Assembly (NCBI RefSeq): GCF_027921745.1
Contig: NC_079239.1
Location: 1 to 64,000 of the forward strand
DNA from: Schizosaccharomyces osmophilus
Taxonomy: Eukaryota
Direction: 5' to 3'
Length of the DNA stretch: 64,000 bases
Position numbers and translations under genes: made by a program. Position 1 is the stretch's first letter. Every line of letters begins with the position of its first letter. This document shows positions 50,472-62,319 of the stretch, piece after piece. Under the pieces are notes generated by a model that saw nothing but the letters and a program-made list of their open reading frames with translations, was not told where the DNA came from and did no database searches.

Positions 50472-50756
50472 TCAATGCTGATAATTGTGAAATTTCTCGT
50501 TGTGTTCGAGTTCGTCCTTAGCATGCTGTTTGGCATCCTCAGACACATTTGGGTTGTGAGTGGTAGCCTTATATCCTCTTTCAACATTTTTTGGGTCTTT
50601 GTTTCCCGACCTGTGTGAGGATCCGTGTGAGGTGGAAGTCTCATCAACGCCTTCATTTTCGAGATATTCTCTTTCATGTTGCTTAGTCTCATCAGAGACA
50701 TTTGGGTTGTGCAAAGCAGCTTTGTGGCCAGCGCTTACTCTTGTAGAATGCGACAT
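50472..50756 (-). CDS. Con-6 (conidiation protein 6) family hydrophilic protein, 94 aa
   Basis: Two Con-6 repeats: RVSAGHKAALHNPNVSDETKQH and NVERGYKATTHNPNVSEDAKQHA. Confidence 0.85.
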   Translation of the reverse strand: MSHSTRVSAGHKAALHNPNVSDETKQHEREYLENEGVDETSTSHGSSHRSGNKDPKNVERGYKATTHNPNVSEDAKQHAKDELEHNEKFHNYQH

Positions 50757-51249
50757 TGTAAATTATTTTTCTTGTTGATACTGGATACTAGTCCTTATAC
50801 CCTTATATAACTTTATGAAGTGGCGAAAACAGTGAAAATAACATCAGACTATGGATTATGTGTACTTGCAAAACGTCAAATTGGCATTAGCTAACTGAGC
50901 ATAAACATAATTGCTTAGACATGTTGTGTAAGATTTTTATGTAAGCCGAAAGATTAATTTTACGGAAAGGTAGCGAAATTTGAACCTATGGTAAAGTAAG
51001 CAAAATGAAATAAATTATTGAGGAATCTTAAAGTGTTACATAAATTTGACGTAACAGTTCTTTTAAATTCCATTTTTGTGAAAAATCATCAACATCAAGG
51101 GAATTGTGAATGTACACGTATGCAAAAGCGTGCGTTACTCAAACAGATCATATCTTCAAAATAGCTTTTATTAATTGGAATTATCTTATACTAGTTTTTC
51201 TATAGCATTAAATATATATTATCAAAAAGTATTTCCAAATTCGAATATT

Positions 51250-52872
51250 CTAGTTGGTTTGGAACATGTGAGGTTCAGCTATGTTTATGGGTGCAGATTC
51301 GTTTTCAGCCATTTCTTTCGCGACTTTTTCAGTAGCCTCACGAATGCGTTGGCCCAAGTCAGTGTGGACGCGGCTGAACACCTTGTATTGGCGCTCACGA
51401 ATTTCAGGGAGAGCACCAGAGAGATGGCCAGCAACGTTTTTGACAAAGTTGTCCTGCTGTCCAGGTTGTTTTCCTAAAACTCTTTCCCAGAAAGCTCTAG
51501 GTTGCTCAAAATCAAGATCAGTAATCTCATCCATGTGGTATGTGACTTGGCCAACCCACTTTTCATGTTTTTCGTTTGGCTCATGATGCTCCTTGGCCAA
51601 GGGTTGTAATGATGAAGGATAGTTGGGCATACTGCCTTGGTTGTCAGTTACATTCATGGGTCCGTCACGAGAATAGTTAAAGACGGGGCACTTAGGGCTG
51701 TTGACGGGAATTTGCTCAAAGTTGGCACCCAAGCGATGGCGATGAGTGTCGGGATAACTGAATGTACGGACTTGCAAAACGGGATCGGCAGAAACTTCTA
51801 TACCGGGAACCATGTGAGAAGGAGAGAAAGCTGCTTGTTCAATTTCGGCAAAGAAGTTCTTTGGGTTTTGGTTCAAAGTAAAACGGCCTACTTCTTGCAT
51901 AGGAACGTCCTTGTGTGGCCATACCTTGGTAAGATCAAAGATGTTATATCTATACTTCTCGGCTTCCTCGGGAGTCATCACTTGCACATAAAGGGTCCAG
52001 CTAGGATAGTCACCACGCTCAATTGCATCAAAAAGGTCTTTACGAGCATGATCAGGATTAGATCCGTCCAAACTCTTAGCTTGTTCATCACTTAATCCCT
52101 TGGCACCTTGGTCGGAGACGAAATGCCATTTGCAGTAATGGAAATCACCCTTCTCGTTAACAAACTTGTATGTATGGCTAGAGAAACCGTTCATAAAACG
52201 GTAACCATAAGGTGTACCACCACGATCGGAAAAGAGAATCATGACTTGATGAATCGATTCTTCATTTTGAGATAGGTAATCCCAAAACATGGTGGCATCC
52301 TTCATGTCAGTTTGAGGGTTTCTCTTTTGGGTATGGATGAACACGGGGAATTTAGCAGGGTCACGAATGAAAAAAGTGGGAGTGTTGTTACCGACCATAT
52401 CGAAAATTCCGTCTTCGGTGTAAAATTTAAGAGCAAAACCACGAGGATCACGAGCGCTGTCAGGAGTACCACGTTCACCACCTACAGTAGAGAAACGGGC
52501 CAACATGGGGGTCTTCTTGCCAACCTCAGAGAACATTGTATGCTTGGTGTACTTTGTGATATCCTTGGTACATTCAAAGACACCATGGGCACCGGAACCC
52601 TTGGCATGGACAACACGTTCGGGAATACGTTCACGATCGAAGTGTTGGAACATATCAATTAAGTGGAAATCTTGAAGCAACACGGGGCCGCCCTTTCCTA
52701 TACGGGCACTAGCCGTTGGGTTGAAAATGGGACAGCCGGTATTCGTTCTATAAACATTTTGCGACATTTTCTTAGGGGAAATAGAAAAATTACGTTTAGC
52801 AATAAAAGAAGGAGTTACCTTTGGAAAACAGATTCGAAAAGAGTGAGACGATGGCACTTTAGTGAACGCCAT
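51250..52872 (-). CDS. ctt1: Catalase; starts at 52872 (N-extended) or 52767 (pombe-like)
   Basis: FDRERIPERVVHAKG and RTFSYPDTH heme motifs; closely resembles S. pombe Ctt1. The ORF-track ATG at 52971 lies upstream of a TATA element (~52953-52961). Confidence 0.96.
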   Translation of the reverse strand: MAFTKVPSSHSFRICFPKVTPSFIAKRNFSISPKKMSQNVYRTNTGCPIFNPTASARIGKGGPVLLQDFHLIDMFQHFDRERIPERVVHAKGSGAHGVFECTKDITKYTKHTMFSEVGKKTPMLARFSTVGGERGTPDSARDPRGFALKFYTEDGIFDMVGNNTPTFFIRDPAKFPVFIHTQKRNPQTDMKDATMFWDYLSQNEESIHQVMILFSDRGGTPYGYRFMNGFSSHTYKFVNEKGDFHYCKWHFVSDQGAKGLSDEQAKSLDGSNPDHARKDLFDAIERGDYPSWTLYVQVMTPEEAEKYRYNIFDLTKVWPHKDVPMQEVGRFTLNQNPKNFFAEIEQAAFSPSHMVPGIEVSADPVLQVRTFSYPDTHRHRLGANFEQIPVNSPKCPVFNYSRDGPMNVTDNQGSMPNYPSSLQPLAKEHHEPNEKHEKWVGQVTYHMDEITDLDFEQPRAFWERVLGKQPGQQDNFVKNVAGHLSGALPEIRERQYKVFSRVHTDLGQRIREATEKVAKEMAENESAPINIAEPHMFQTN

Positions 52873-52983
52873 AAAAAATGAAATCAACAGTTTTAAGTGT
52901 TTAAAACTTGTAGTATAGAAGGAACGATTGTAGAAAATGAAGAAAACAGAGCTATATATATGTTTGGTCATGTAAAATCTAGA

Positions 52984-52990
52984 ATGACGT
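52984..52990 (+). promoter_or_regulatory. CRE/Atf1-Pcr1 site in the ctt1 promoter
   Basis: ATGACGT just upstream of the TATA. ctt1 is a known Atf1 target in S. pombe. Confidence 0.6.
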
Positions 52991-54778
52991 TTTTCTAGTA
53001 TGGATGAATCAGATTATGACAAATAAATTTGTTCGAGACACAATTGGCTTGTCAGCAAGTAACATAGAGTAGTAAGATTACAAAGAGATCCAATCAATGA
53101 GCTTGTATTTGATTCACATAATTATAAAAGCAATAAGGTAAAGTTATACGAAGGCATTGAAGTAACGATTAGCGGTAGATCATAACGTAATTATATTTGT
53201 GGGAACCAATACTGGATTGGTCTAGACTTTGCTTAAAAATAGAAGCGAAATCCGATTATTTCAGCAGGAAGGCGTTACTTGGGTTACTGGGTAAAAAGGT
53301 ACTTGGATTTGTACGGGGAATGAATGAATGGTTAAGCATGTTTTGCGTCGGTAAACTAGATGTATCTACAAACTTAATTTAGTTGCTTTTTTTTGTTTGT
53401 CATATTGTAGTCGTAGTCGCAGTTGCATGTACAGCTGTTTTGCAGGAACTGCTTTCTACAGATTCAATCTTTTGTATGACGATCATAATAAAGTATATAA
53501 GCTAATAAAAGGCTTGAAAAGAAATTTATCAAATCAAAGAAGATAGTATGCTATCTTTTTTGTACATTTCTTGTAAGACATCATGCTCTTGTCGTCTCCA
53601 TCGCTTTCCTAGAAAAATGAAAGAAACCTTGGCATTCAAAGGAAGAGCGGAGGTAGTGATTGAATCGAAGCGAGAAATAGAGGGGAGGAATGTATATGAA
53701 AAGGTGAAATAGAGCTTGGAAAAGCTATAGAAAAGGTCGCTTTGCTTTACTTCAGGTCCAATTGATTAAACTCGTCTTCGGCAAACCTTTCATCTTGAAG
53801 ATTCTAGCAGCAACACCCGTTAGCATCAATTGGATGGAAGCATTATTTCTAGTATACCTTTTCGTGTTCTTTCAAAGCAGCCAAACGGCGTCTCTTATGA
53901 GCAAAGTATGATTGACCAAGTATTACTGTACCGCCAACAGTGCCGAAAAGCAAAATAGAAACCGATCCCCTCTGGATCAAGTTGTAAATACTGCCACGAT
54001 TCATTTGTAATGCTATCATGTATTAGCACTTATTAATTCCAGTCCAACCAGAAGGCCATCTTCTCTGCTACTCTTCAAAATAATTCAATCATTTATGACT
54101 CTCATCGTCCATCAAACAGCTTCATAAACTTACTTGTCAATTCAAAAAGCACTGTCAAAATAGATTTTCCCCGTAATCCTCCGAAAATGCAGAAATATAT
54201 GACTAGAAATATGGTATACGGTGGGTGACAACTTGTAGTCTTTTTCGATATAAACGAAAGCTACCGTTCTCTGTCTGGACAAGTTGACATGGATCAGGAT
54301 AGCGAAGAATACAATCCTTTTCAATGCAATGCAACGAAATGCAACGCTAAAAAAATATTTCCTTAGTGTTGAGTTTAATTGTCAAAACACAATTGCTCTT
54401 ATTAATATTTCGATTTCCTTTCTAAATTTTACTCTTTGCTGCCTTTTTTACGGTGAAATTCATCGCTTTTCACATCCATCGCTTTCTTCCTGCTAGAGGT
54501 CGTTTTATTAGTGTTTACTGCAGCCGTAACCACTATGCAAAAATTTTATCGAGCGTCTCACTACGCTCGCTATTCGGACGCACAGCAATACTGAAAACAG
54601 AAACAACAAACGAGCAGACCCAAGAAACTTGAAAACAAAGGCTGTCGTTTCTTTGGGGCTTCAGGAACTAACTAATTTGGGAACATTTGGAAGGATTTAA
54701 GGTCAGGATTTGAGAACCGTAAAGAGAAACAATAGCAATTGAAAGAGACGTCGAAATTTTTTGATTGAATCTGTTGGT

Positions 54779-55773
54779 ATGTCGAAGAGTCTTGAACCTT
54801 CCGCAAATAATAAGGGCTTTCTTATCAATGCCCTGAAAAAAGAACTGAGACTGGATGGCCGTTCATTAACTGACTTTCGAGATCTTACAATCCAGTTTGG
54901 TGAAGATTATGGTCAGGTAGACATTTCTTTGGGTTCAACTAGGTAAGACGAACAATCTTATTTCTAATTCTTTATCTTTTCCCATCCTTCGCTAACATAC
55001 TTCTTCATCTAGGGTTATGGCACGTATCTCTGCTGAAATTACGAAGCCATATTCAGATCGACCATTTGATGGAATCTTTGCAATCACAACTGAGCTTACA
55101 CCACTTGCCAGCCCTGCTTTTGAGACAGGAAGGTATAACACATTTCAATCTTTTTGTTCTATAAGTTAACAACGACTTTAGAGTATCTGAGCAAGAAGTT
55201 ATCATTTCCCGCCTCATTGAACAAGCAATTCGACGTTCAAACGCTTTAGACACAGAATCTCTATGCATCGTTTCAGGACAGAAGTGCTGGAATGTTCGTG
55301 CAAGTATCCATTTCATTAATCACGACGGAAATTTGGTGGATGCTGCATGTATCGCAGTGATTACGGCCCTTTGTCATTTTCGAAGGCCTGAAATCACTGT
55401 TCTCGGCGATGAAGTTACAGTGCATTCTATCGATGAGCGTGTTCCTGTTCCTCTTTCCGTTCTTCATACCCCGATCTGTGTAACGTTTAGCTTCTTTGAA
55501 GATGGAAGCTTATCAGCTATAGATGCATCTCTTGAAGAAGAAGAACTGCGTACTGGGAGTATGACAGTCACCCTCAACAAAAACCGTGAAATCTGTCAAA
55601 TCTTTAAAGCCGGAGGTGTTACAATAGACGCTTCTAGTGTGGTTGCATGTGCTCAAACTGCTTTCCAAAAAACGACATTTATCATTTCCGAAATTCAACG
55701 GGCTTTAGATGAGGATTTGTCTAAAAAAGAAACGCAATTTTTTGGAGGTTCTGCCAAAAACCAACGCTCTTAA
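54779..55773 (+). CDS. rrp45: Exosome subunit Rrp45, 291 aa; exons 54779-54942, 55013-55132, 55182-55773
   Basis: RLDGRS..DFR, ALDTESLCIVSGQKCW and DGNLVDAAC RNase PH motifs. Two GT..AG introns restore the frame. Confidence 0.94.
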
Positions 55774-56594
55774 AAAAAAAAAAGGAAATGTGTAATTAGA
55801 TGCTGTTTACTGGTTATAGATTGAATCCTAATAATTTTATTACTATCATAAAATTGCACTTATTCAATACTTTTGCTCACATTCTGTTCATTGAGAATTG
55901 TATACACAATACTTATTTATTTAAACAAAATGACAGAAGATACCTATGAAACAACAAGCGATTTTAGCAACGGCAAAAAAAAGGAAACTACTGTATTACT
56001 AGATAGAAAAGGAAATCAACAACAAGCGGCAAGGAAACAGTAGATACTACAATTTAAGGATAGGAGATTTTGCTAATACCGAGAAATTTAATTCAGGGGA
56101 TAATAAAAACACATTCGTGACATAGCACAGCTGTATATATTGAGAGGACGAACTTTTTGTTGAGAAAAAGGGACAACTCCCCATATTGCCCTAACTATTC
56201 CGCAGAGTTATACGCATTGCTTGTAAGCACAACATTGTGTTCCACACAAAATGATATTGTTGATCGTGACAAGGACAAAACTGAACATAGCAAAAACCAT
56301 AGTTAATAATTTTGAGCAATACATAGTACTCTTAGAATATAATAAAAGGCAAGAAAAAAGAAAACGAAGTAAACAGCTAACAAGAAACGAAACCAGTAAG
56401 TAATATAACCCTAATTTTTTTGATTGATAATAATGATAAGCGATGCGTTGAACATTTAGTCAACAAAACGAGGATGTGTAGAAATCAGTATGGGTGCAAA
56501 CTTACATAAAACAAGAACATAAAGACCGAACCAAAAATTTATATTCAAATATACCATTATCAATTATGAATGAAAGTAATGAGTAGAATACCCA

Positions 56595-57863
56595 TTAATG
56601 AGAGCGACGATCCTTCTCAAGTTCAAGCTGCTGGTAAAGTAAGAAAAGAGCTTTCTCATTTTCCTCATGGGTACCCGTAATCGTAAACATCCGTTCACCA
56701 GTTTCGTCATGAGGCTCTTTTGCAATTGAAATCTTGCTACCACTGGTACGACGAATTTCAGAGATTTTCGAGCCTCCTCGACCTATTATACAGCCAACCA
56801 TGTCAGCGGGAATACTGATGTTCTGAGTGACTTTAGGTTGTTGCAAAAAAGGCAACTGAGGGGTGGGAAAAACTGGAGCACCGTAGGAAACAAAGTTTTC
56901 TTGAACGCCTTCATTAACAACGGGAGGAGTATCAGAGGCAACTGGTTGGGGAGGAGGAGTGCCCTGAGCAAGGGATGGAAGAGGTTGGGTAATACGAGAA
57001 ACAGGGTTATAGAAAACAGTACCAGCACCTCGTTCCCAGTCATCAATTAGGCATTTTCCAATCTCCCAGATAGCTGCGTGAAGGTTTTCAACCGTTCCAT
57101 GAACTTCAACAGTACGCTCGGTAGATTGAGGAAGCATATCTTTGGAAGCGATCATGCGACAACTGCATTTGTCTTGGATGTGCTTGATACGCAAACCATT
57201 CTTGCCGATGATACTACCCATGAGGGAATGAGCAATAAGGAGGCGAAGTTTTCTGGGAGCAGCAGGTTCAACAGGGGTACCGTCAGCGTTTGTGCTGTTG
57301 CGTGCAAAGATATCGATTATGAATCTGTAAGCGCGTACAACATTTTCTAAACTACCACTGACAGTGAGAACACGATCATGCACATTTGGAACAGCCTTAG
57401 TGACACCAGCTTTTACATTGGTAGAGGTACGAAGCTCAGCAACATTTTTGCCGGCTTTGCCGATGACGATACCAGCCTCACGAGTGGACAAAAGTGCACG
57501 TAAAGTGAGCTGTTGGTTAGCATAACTTGTATCGTCCATGGTAGGCTTGTTACTACTAGTGGAAGGAGGGGTGGCTGTGATAGGGAGTTCTTGCTGAGAA
57601 GTGGATAAAGGTTGTGATTGCTGCATGGATTGAGCGGCTTGTTGGAGTCCGGGGGTTACACCGTTCTGGATAGTAGAAAGAGGAGTTGAGGTGGATGAAG
57701 TAGCTAAAGAAGAAGCACTTGCGAATGTAGGAGGTACTTTGGATAAAGAAGCGGCAACGGCGGGAGCGGATGCGTCTTCGGGTTCGTCTTGGAAAGTCAC
57801 GTCGAAAAACGAGTTTTCTTTTTCTTCAATTGACTTTGGAATTGCAAAATGGTTATATGCCAT
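56595..57863 (-). CDS. rnc1: KH-domain RNA-binding protein Rnc1, 422 aa
   Basis: Three KH GxxG motifs (IGKAG, IGKNG, IGRGG), N-terminus MAYNHF, and adjacency to rrp45 as in S. pombe. Confidence 0.92.
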   Translation of the reverse strand: MAYNHFAIPKSIEEKENSFFDVTFQDEPEDASAPAVAASLSKVPPTFASASSLATSSTSTPLSTIQNGVTPGLQQAAQSMQQSQPLSTSQQELPITATPPSTSSNKPTMDDTSYANQQLTLRALLSTREAGIVIGKAGKNVAELRTSTNVKAGVTKAVPNVHDRVLTVSGSLENVVRAYRFIIDIFARNSTNADGTPVEPAAPRKLRLLIAHSLMGSIIGKNGLRIKHIQDKCSCRMIASKDMLPQSTERTVEVHGTVENLHAAIWEIGKCLIDDWERGAGTVFYNPVSRITQPLPSLAQGTPPPQPVASDTPPVVNEGVQENFVSYGAPVFPTPQLPFLQQPKVTQNISIPADMVGCIIGRGGSKISEIRRTSGSKISIAKEPHDETGERMFTITGTHEENEKALFLLYQQLELEKDRRSH

Positions 57864-59529
57864 AGATGATATAGGTACGGTATTGGTAAGTTGGATAGGA
57901 CACATATGCGTTTTTGATTAGGAAAAATGCAATTGCAAAAACCGTATATGTGTTAAAACTAAAAGTAGTTATCAGCGTTTGGCCAATGTGTGAATAAATG
58001 GAGAAAGCGGCAGGATATTGCGTGAAAGGGATTTCAAGGGCCGGTCAATGGAATACAATTGAAACAAAGCTTTTTTCAAGTGCTTTTTATTTAGATAAAA
58101 ACACCCAGGTAAAAAGCTTTGAAACGACAGAAACGTTTAGGACAAATGGGGTTAGGAGCACGGTTATGGTAAAAGAAGCAAAATGAGTGAAGAGGGGAAA
58201 AAAATTTGCTGTGAGAAGGATCTGGATGGTTCAAAACTGTGTCCTATAGCACATTCACTAATTTTTTATAACGAGTAGTAACGTTATTTATCGTAAGTAA
58301 ATAAAAGAAGTTCAAAGCGGTAATTACGAATGTACGTTAATAAACAAACAAAATTGCCATAAATATTTTATTAGACACGAGATCATCTACTATTCCGATG
58401 GCTTCCTATTCGTTTCTTTTATGTAAGCAAAAAACTCCTCTAAGATATTTTTGGGTTTTATCTGCATGGTCTAATTGGTATGTGTTTTGCTGAAATCAAG
58501 TGGTTGAATAAGGAAAGAGCATCTGTTACGGTTGTCTGCGTAGTTACTAGCAATTGAGAGATTTGAGAAAACATGAAAGATGGGTTTCTGTAATTATTCT
58601 CAGCTAATGGCGATCACTACCAATAAACTTGAATGTTTAAATGTAGTTGGTGGGAATTTACACCGTCACATCAGCACAACGCAAATACTATAAATCCATG
58701 ATGCAAGTAGATGTGTAAAAAAATAAATAAAGACAGAATCTTATTATATTTTTAAATTAGATGTTTAAACGAAAGCAGTATCATTTTGTTTCTATTATAA
58801 TGTAGTAAAGTCTCACTGGAAGCAAGTTCAGTTTAGAAAAAAGAAGAAAAAAATCCCCAACTCGTCGTGGAATTGATATGTGAAACCTAACCATTGCGAA
58901 AACAAGTAGAAATACGATTAAGAAAAAACTCGATGATTGAAATTTTTTAAATTTGCACATTGAATGCAATTGAAAATGAACACTGGCAATCACCAACGAA
59001 GTTGATAGTGTTACTCAACACCATCCAAATATGAAACTATCTCACATATCGTTATATTTTCTTCTCTTACATCCAGAAGAAGCGAAATCAATTTGTTGAA
59101 ATTAACAGTTAAATCACACGAACGGTCTATTGAGTATCTGGAATGTAGACGTGCGCTCTTTGAGTATGCTCGGCTGAAATGGTTGAAAACACCTCTGCAA
59201 GTATAGAGATAATCATTCTGTCGCATGCTTCGTTTACTTGTTCACTTCCATTAGAAGGAAGTGTATTTCGTATTTGTTACCTTGCACGTAACAAGCGAGA
59301 CACTTTGAAGTATGGAGTTTTGCAATATCAGCTACTCACATTACTATAAATCAGGTAGTCACAAACAATCTTAGCTTCCTTTTGTACCAAGATATGTCAT
59401 AATTACTGTGTGAGGAACGGGAAGAAAATATTATCTCCCTACTTATTGAGCAAAAAAGTGAGTTGTACAATAAGCATTTATATTATAAATAGCAAAAAAT
59501 AAGAAAAGGAAAGTGGAATAATCCGCTTT

Positions 59530-61092
59530 TTACCAACGATACCGAAACTTGATTTGCTCACGGTCAGTGAGATCCATAAACTCTTCGTTATTAACAGAGT
59601 ACGCTGTAGAAGGATCGTTCGCCATGACATTATCTCTCCTCTTGTTTTCATAAAGATAATATCCAGTTAATAAGAAGGCTATGAAAATAATCAAACAAAG
59701 AGCGACAATCATAGCTTGGATGCCTTCAATATACTCTGGGGTTTGTCCAGACTTGAACAGTTGTGGAGAGACGATGTTTCCTACGGAATAAAAAACAAAG
59801 ACAGTGGCATTCGTAACGCTTTTTTTCGTGGAGCCAGCAACGTTAGAAGAAATGAGTGACAACAACAAGGCAGTGCCTGCAGGTACCCACATAGTGAACC
59901 ATACGCCCACCAAGCGGCCATAAGGATTAGATTGGGGGATTTTCCAAATCATGATACATCCAACCAAATTCAAGCAATTACAAAAAGCACCAATCAACAA
60001 ACGTCCCTCCTTGAAAATCTTGCAGAGAATACCACTGACAACCATGGCAGCAATTTCAATGGCACCCAAGGGCATGTTGAGGACAGCTGATTTCAGTTCA
60101 TTATATCCGAGTCCGTTGATAATTAAAGTACTGAAGACACCTATACCATTGGTAATCATGCAAATACCAGTAAACAAAGTGATCATGATAACTTGAGGAT
60201 CACGAAATGTTTCCCAGGCTTGAGAAATTTTGAATGTCTTGTTTTCCAAACCAGTCCTATTATCTCTAACCCTTTCCAAAGCGATCCGTCGCTCATGAGA
60301 AGTTAGGAAACGTGCTTTGGTGGGATTACTGGGAATGAACATGAAAACGAGCCCCCAAACCAGAGAAAGTAAGCCTATGACAATAAATATGTATCTCCAA
60401 GAGGAAATTCTGTGATGAATATGACCCAAACCATACGATAAAATGGACCCGACGATCTGGGCGGTACCGTTGAATGCATACCAACAGAGAGTTCTCATGG
60501 GTTGCTCTTCACGTTTATACCACATAGAAGTGATATTGATGAATGCCGGTGTAATAGAAGCTTCAAATACACCGGCTAAAAATCGAAGAGCTAAAAGAGA
60601 GGAGCCATTACGACAAGCAGCCATTAGGCAAACCATGGCGCTCCAAAGGATCACATTAACGAAAATAAAAAGGGTAAGAGGAACTTTCTGCATGATATAG
60701 GCGGCAGGGTATTGAGCTACCAGGTAGCCAACATAAAACAGCGTAGTCATACTACTATAAGTCTGACCACTAATATGTGTATCATTTTTCATACCGTAAA
60801 GAGCAGCATAAGACAAGGCCGTCTTGTCTAAATATTGAATCATATATGTAATACACATTGTTGGCATCAATACAAGATCAATCTTCCAAAGAACTTTCCG
60901 GGCTTCTTTCTCTGTATAATTAAATTCACCATCATAAAGCAAATCACCTGCTGCAATGTCCACCTCCCCCACAGCTTCTGTTGTAGTGGGCTTTTCAATT
61001 GCAAAATCCTTAATGCTCTCCTCTGCCTTTGCCTTGGAAGACGATGCGCTCTTATTTGAACTAGAAAGTTCAGGAATCTCTGAAGAAGGCAT
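59530..61092 (-). CDS. MFS allantoate/dipeptide permease (Dal5 family), 520 aa
   Basis: KIDL.LMP, YLDKTALSYA, WYKREEQ and DLTDREQIKFRY motifs; ~12 TM segments. Confidence 0.92.
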   Translation of the reverse strand: MPSSEIPELSSSNKSASSSKAKAEESIKDFAIEKPTTTEAVGEVDIAAGDLLYDGEFNYTEKEARKVLWKIDLVLMPTMCITYMIQYLDKTALSYAALYGMKNDTHISGQTYSSMTTLFYVGYLVAQYPAAYIMQKVPLTLFIFVNVILWSAMVCLMAACRNGSSLLALRFLAGVFEASITPAFINITSMWYKREEQPMRTLCWYAFNGTAQIVGSILSYGLGHIHHRISSWRYIFIVIGLLSLVWGLVFMFIPSNPTKARFLTSHERRIALERVRDNRTGLENKTFKISQAWETFRDPQVIMITLFTGICMITNGIGVFSTLIINGLGYNELKSAVLNMPLGAIEIAAMVVSGILCKIFKEGRLLIGAFCNCLNLVGCIMIWKIPQSNPYGRLVGVWFTMWVPAGTALLLSLISSNVAGSTKKSVTNATVFVFYSVGNIVSPQLFKSGQTPEYIEGIQAMIVALCLIIFIAFLLTGYYLYENKRRDNVMANDPSTAYSVNNEEFMDLTDREQIKFRYRW

Positions 61093-62319
61093 CTTGGAAT
61101 GCAATGAACACCTAGAAAATTAATTGTATTCAATAACTTAAATAAAAAGAGAAGATTTTCCCAAAAGGTCTAATATAAAATAAATCCACCGATCAAGACT
61201 TAATACTTGAATCAACAACAAAGAATGCTAGCAAAGTATTTTCAACTGTCATCAAACCCTACTTAGGTTTCTCAATATCTTATAGTTCTTGTTTTTTTTT
61301 GTTGTAGTAATTCCCAACGTCTCTTTATATACGTACTTAGCAGTCAATGGCTTATCTTTGAACATCATCGATAAAGTGATATTGATCAAAAAGTGTAAAC
61401 AATGAGAAAGTCAAACTCATCATGAAAATATTTCTAGAGAAAATTTTAATTCCAGAGTATCATTCTTACATTCTCTTTCTAATCCCTCCCTGTACAATTG
61501 CTTTGTCAAACATTCGGTGTCTACGTTGCGAAAGAAAAAGAAAACACCAGTTCTACATGAAAGATGACTCCAGTATAATTAGTGTGGGCAGTAATTCTAT
61601 CCCTATCCTGTTTTTATGTCCGAGAAGAGAACTAACTAAACACCATGGCGTAATCTTTCGACTGTGATGATAAGGTGTCGAAGCGAAACAAAAGAATAGT
61701 GAACAAGTAGATTCCATCAAGTTCAGTCCTGCCAGTAATAGACGGTGTCGTAACAAGTTTCCCTAAACTCCAAGAAAACCATAGTTGCCAAGCATAATGG
61801 AACGGGAATTCCAATCCATTGTAAGGAAGTCATAGTAGATTCATGCATTTCCAAAAAAAAGAATAGAAATGTCCTACTCATGTTGAAGTTGTAATATCAT
61901 AGCAAAGCGAAACGTAAAACATGCTAGTTTAGAATTCATTTATTGTTTTCCTTTTACGAGAACTCTTGTTTGTGAAGGATACTTTGACAAGCTTAACATT
62001 CCGTCAATTCTTCTAGTAGTAGTTATATGAATATAAGTACTCCTGGCTTCGGCAGTCGTAACAACTAGCTTGTGGCCACAGCTAAAAATTACTGCCTTTT
62101 ATGAAGCAATTGAAGTTGATGCTAATAAATTTATCACTTGACTTTTTCGTTTCAGCTTCCTTTAATGCCATCTTTTCAGTGAGATGGAGGTTGGCAACAA
62201 ACAAATTCTAAAACTAGCAAATTAGATATATAAATGTCTTTATTAAAAATCCTTATCTACCGACTATAAAACGGAAATTGGAAACGAAACTTGATTGAAT
62301 TCGAATTCTCTAAACCATA

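Noticed and set aside
52873..52971. Longest-ORF start for catalase (MTKHIY...)
   Set aside because: The ATG lies upstream of the TATA element and next to the CRE site, so it is unlikely to be in the mRNA.
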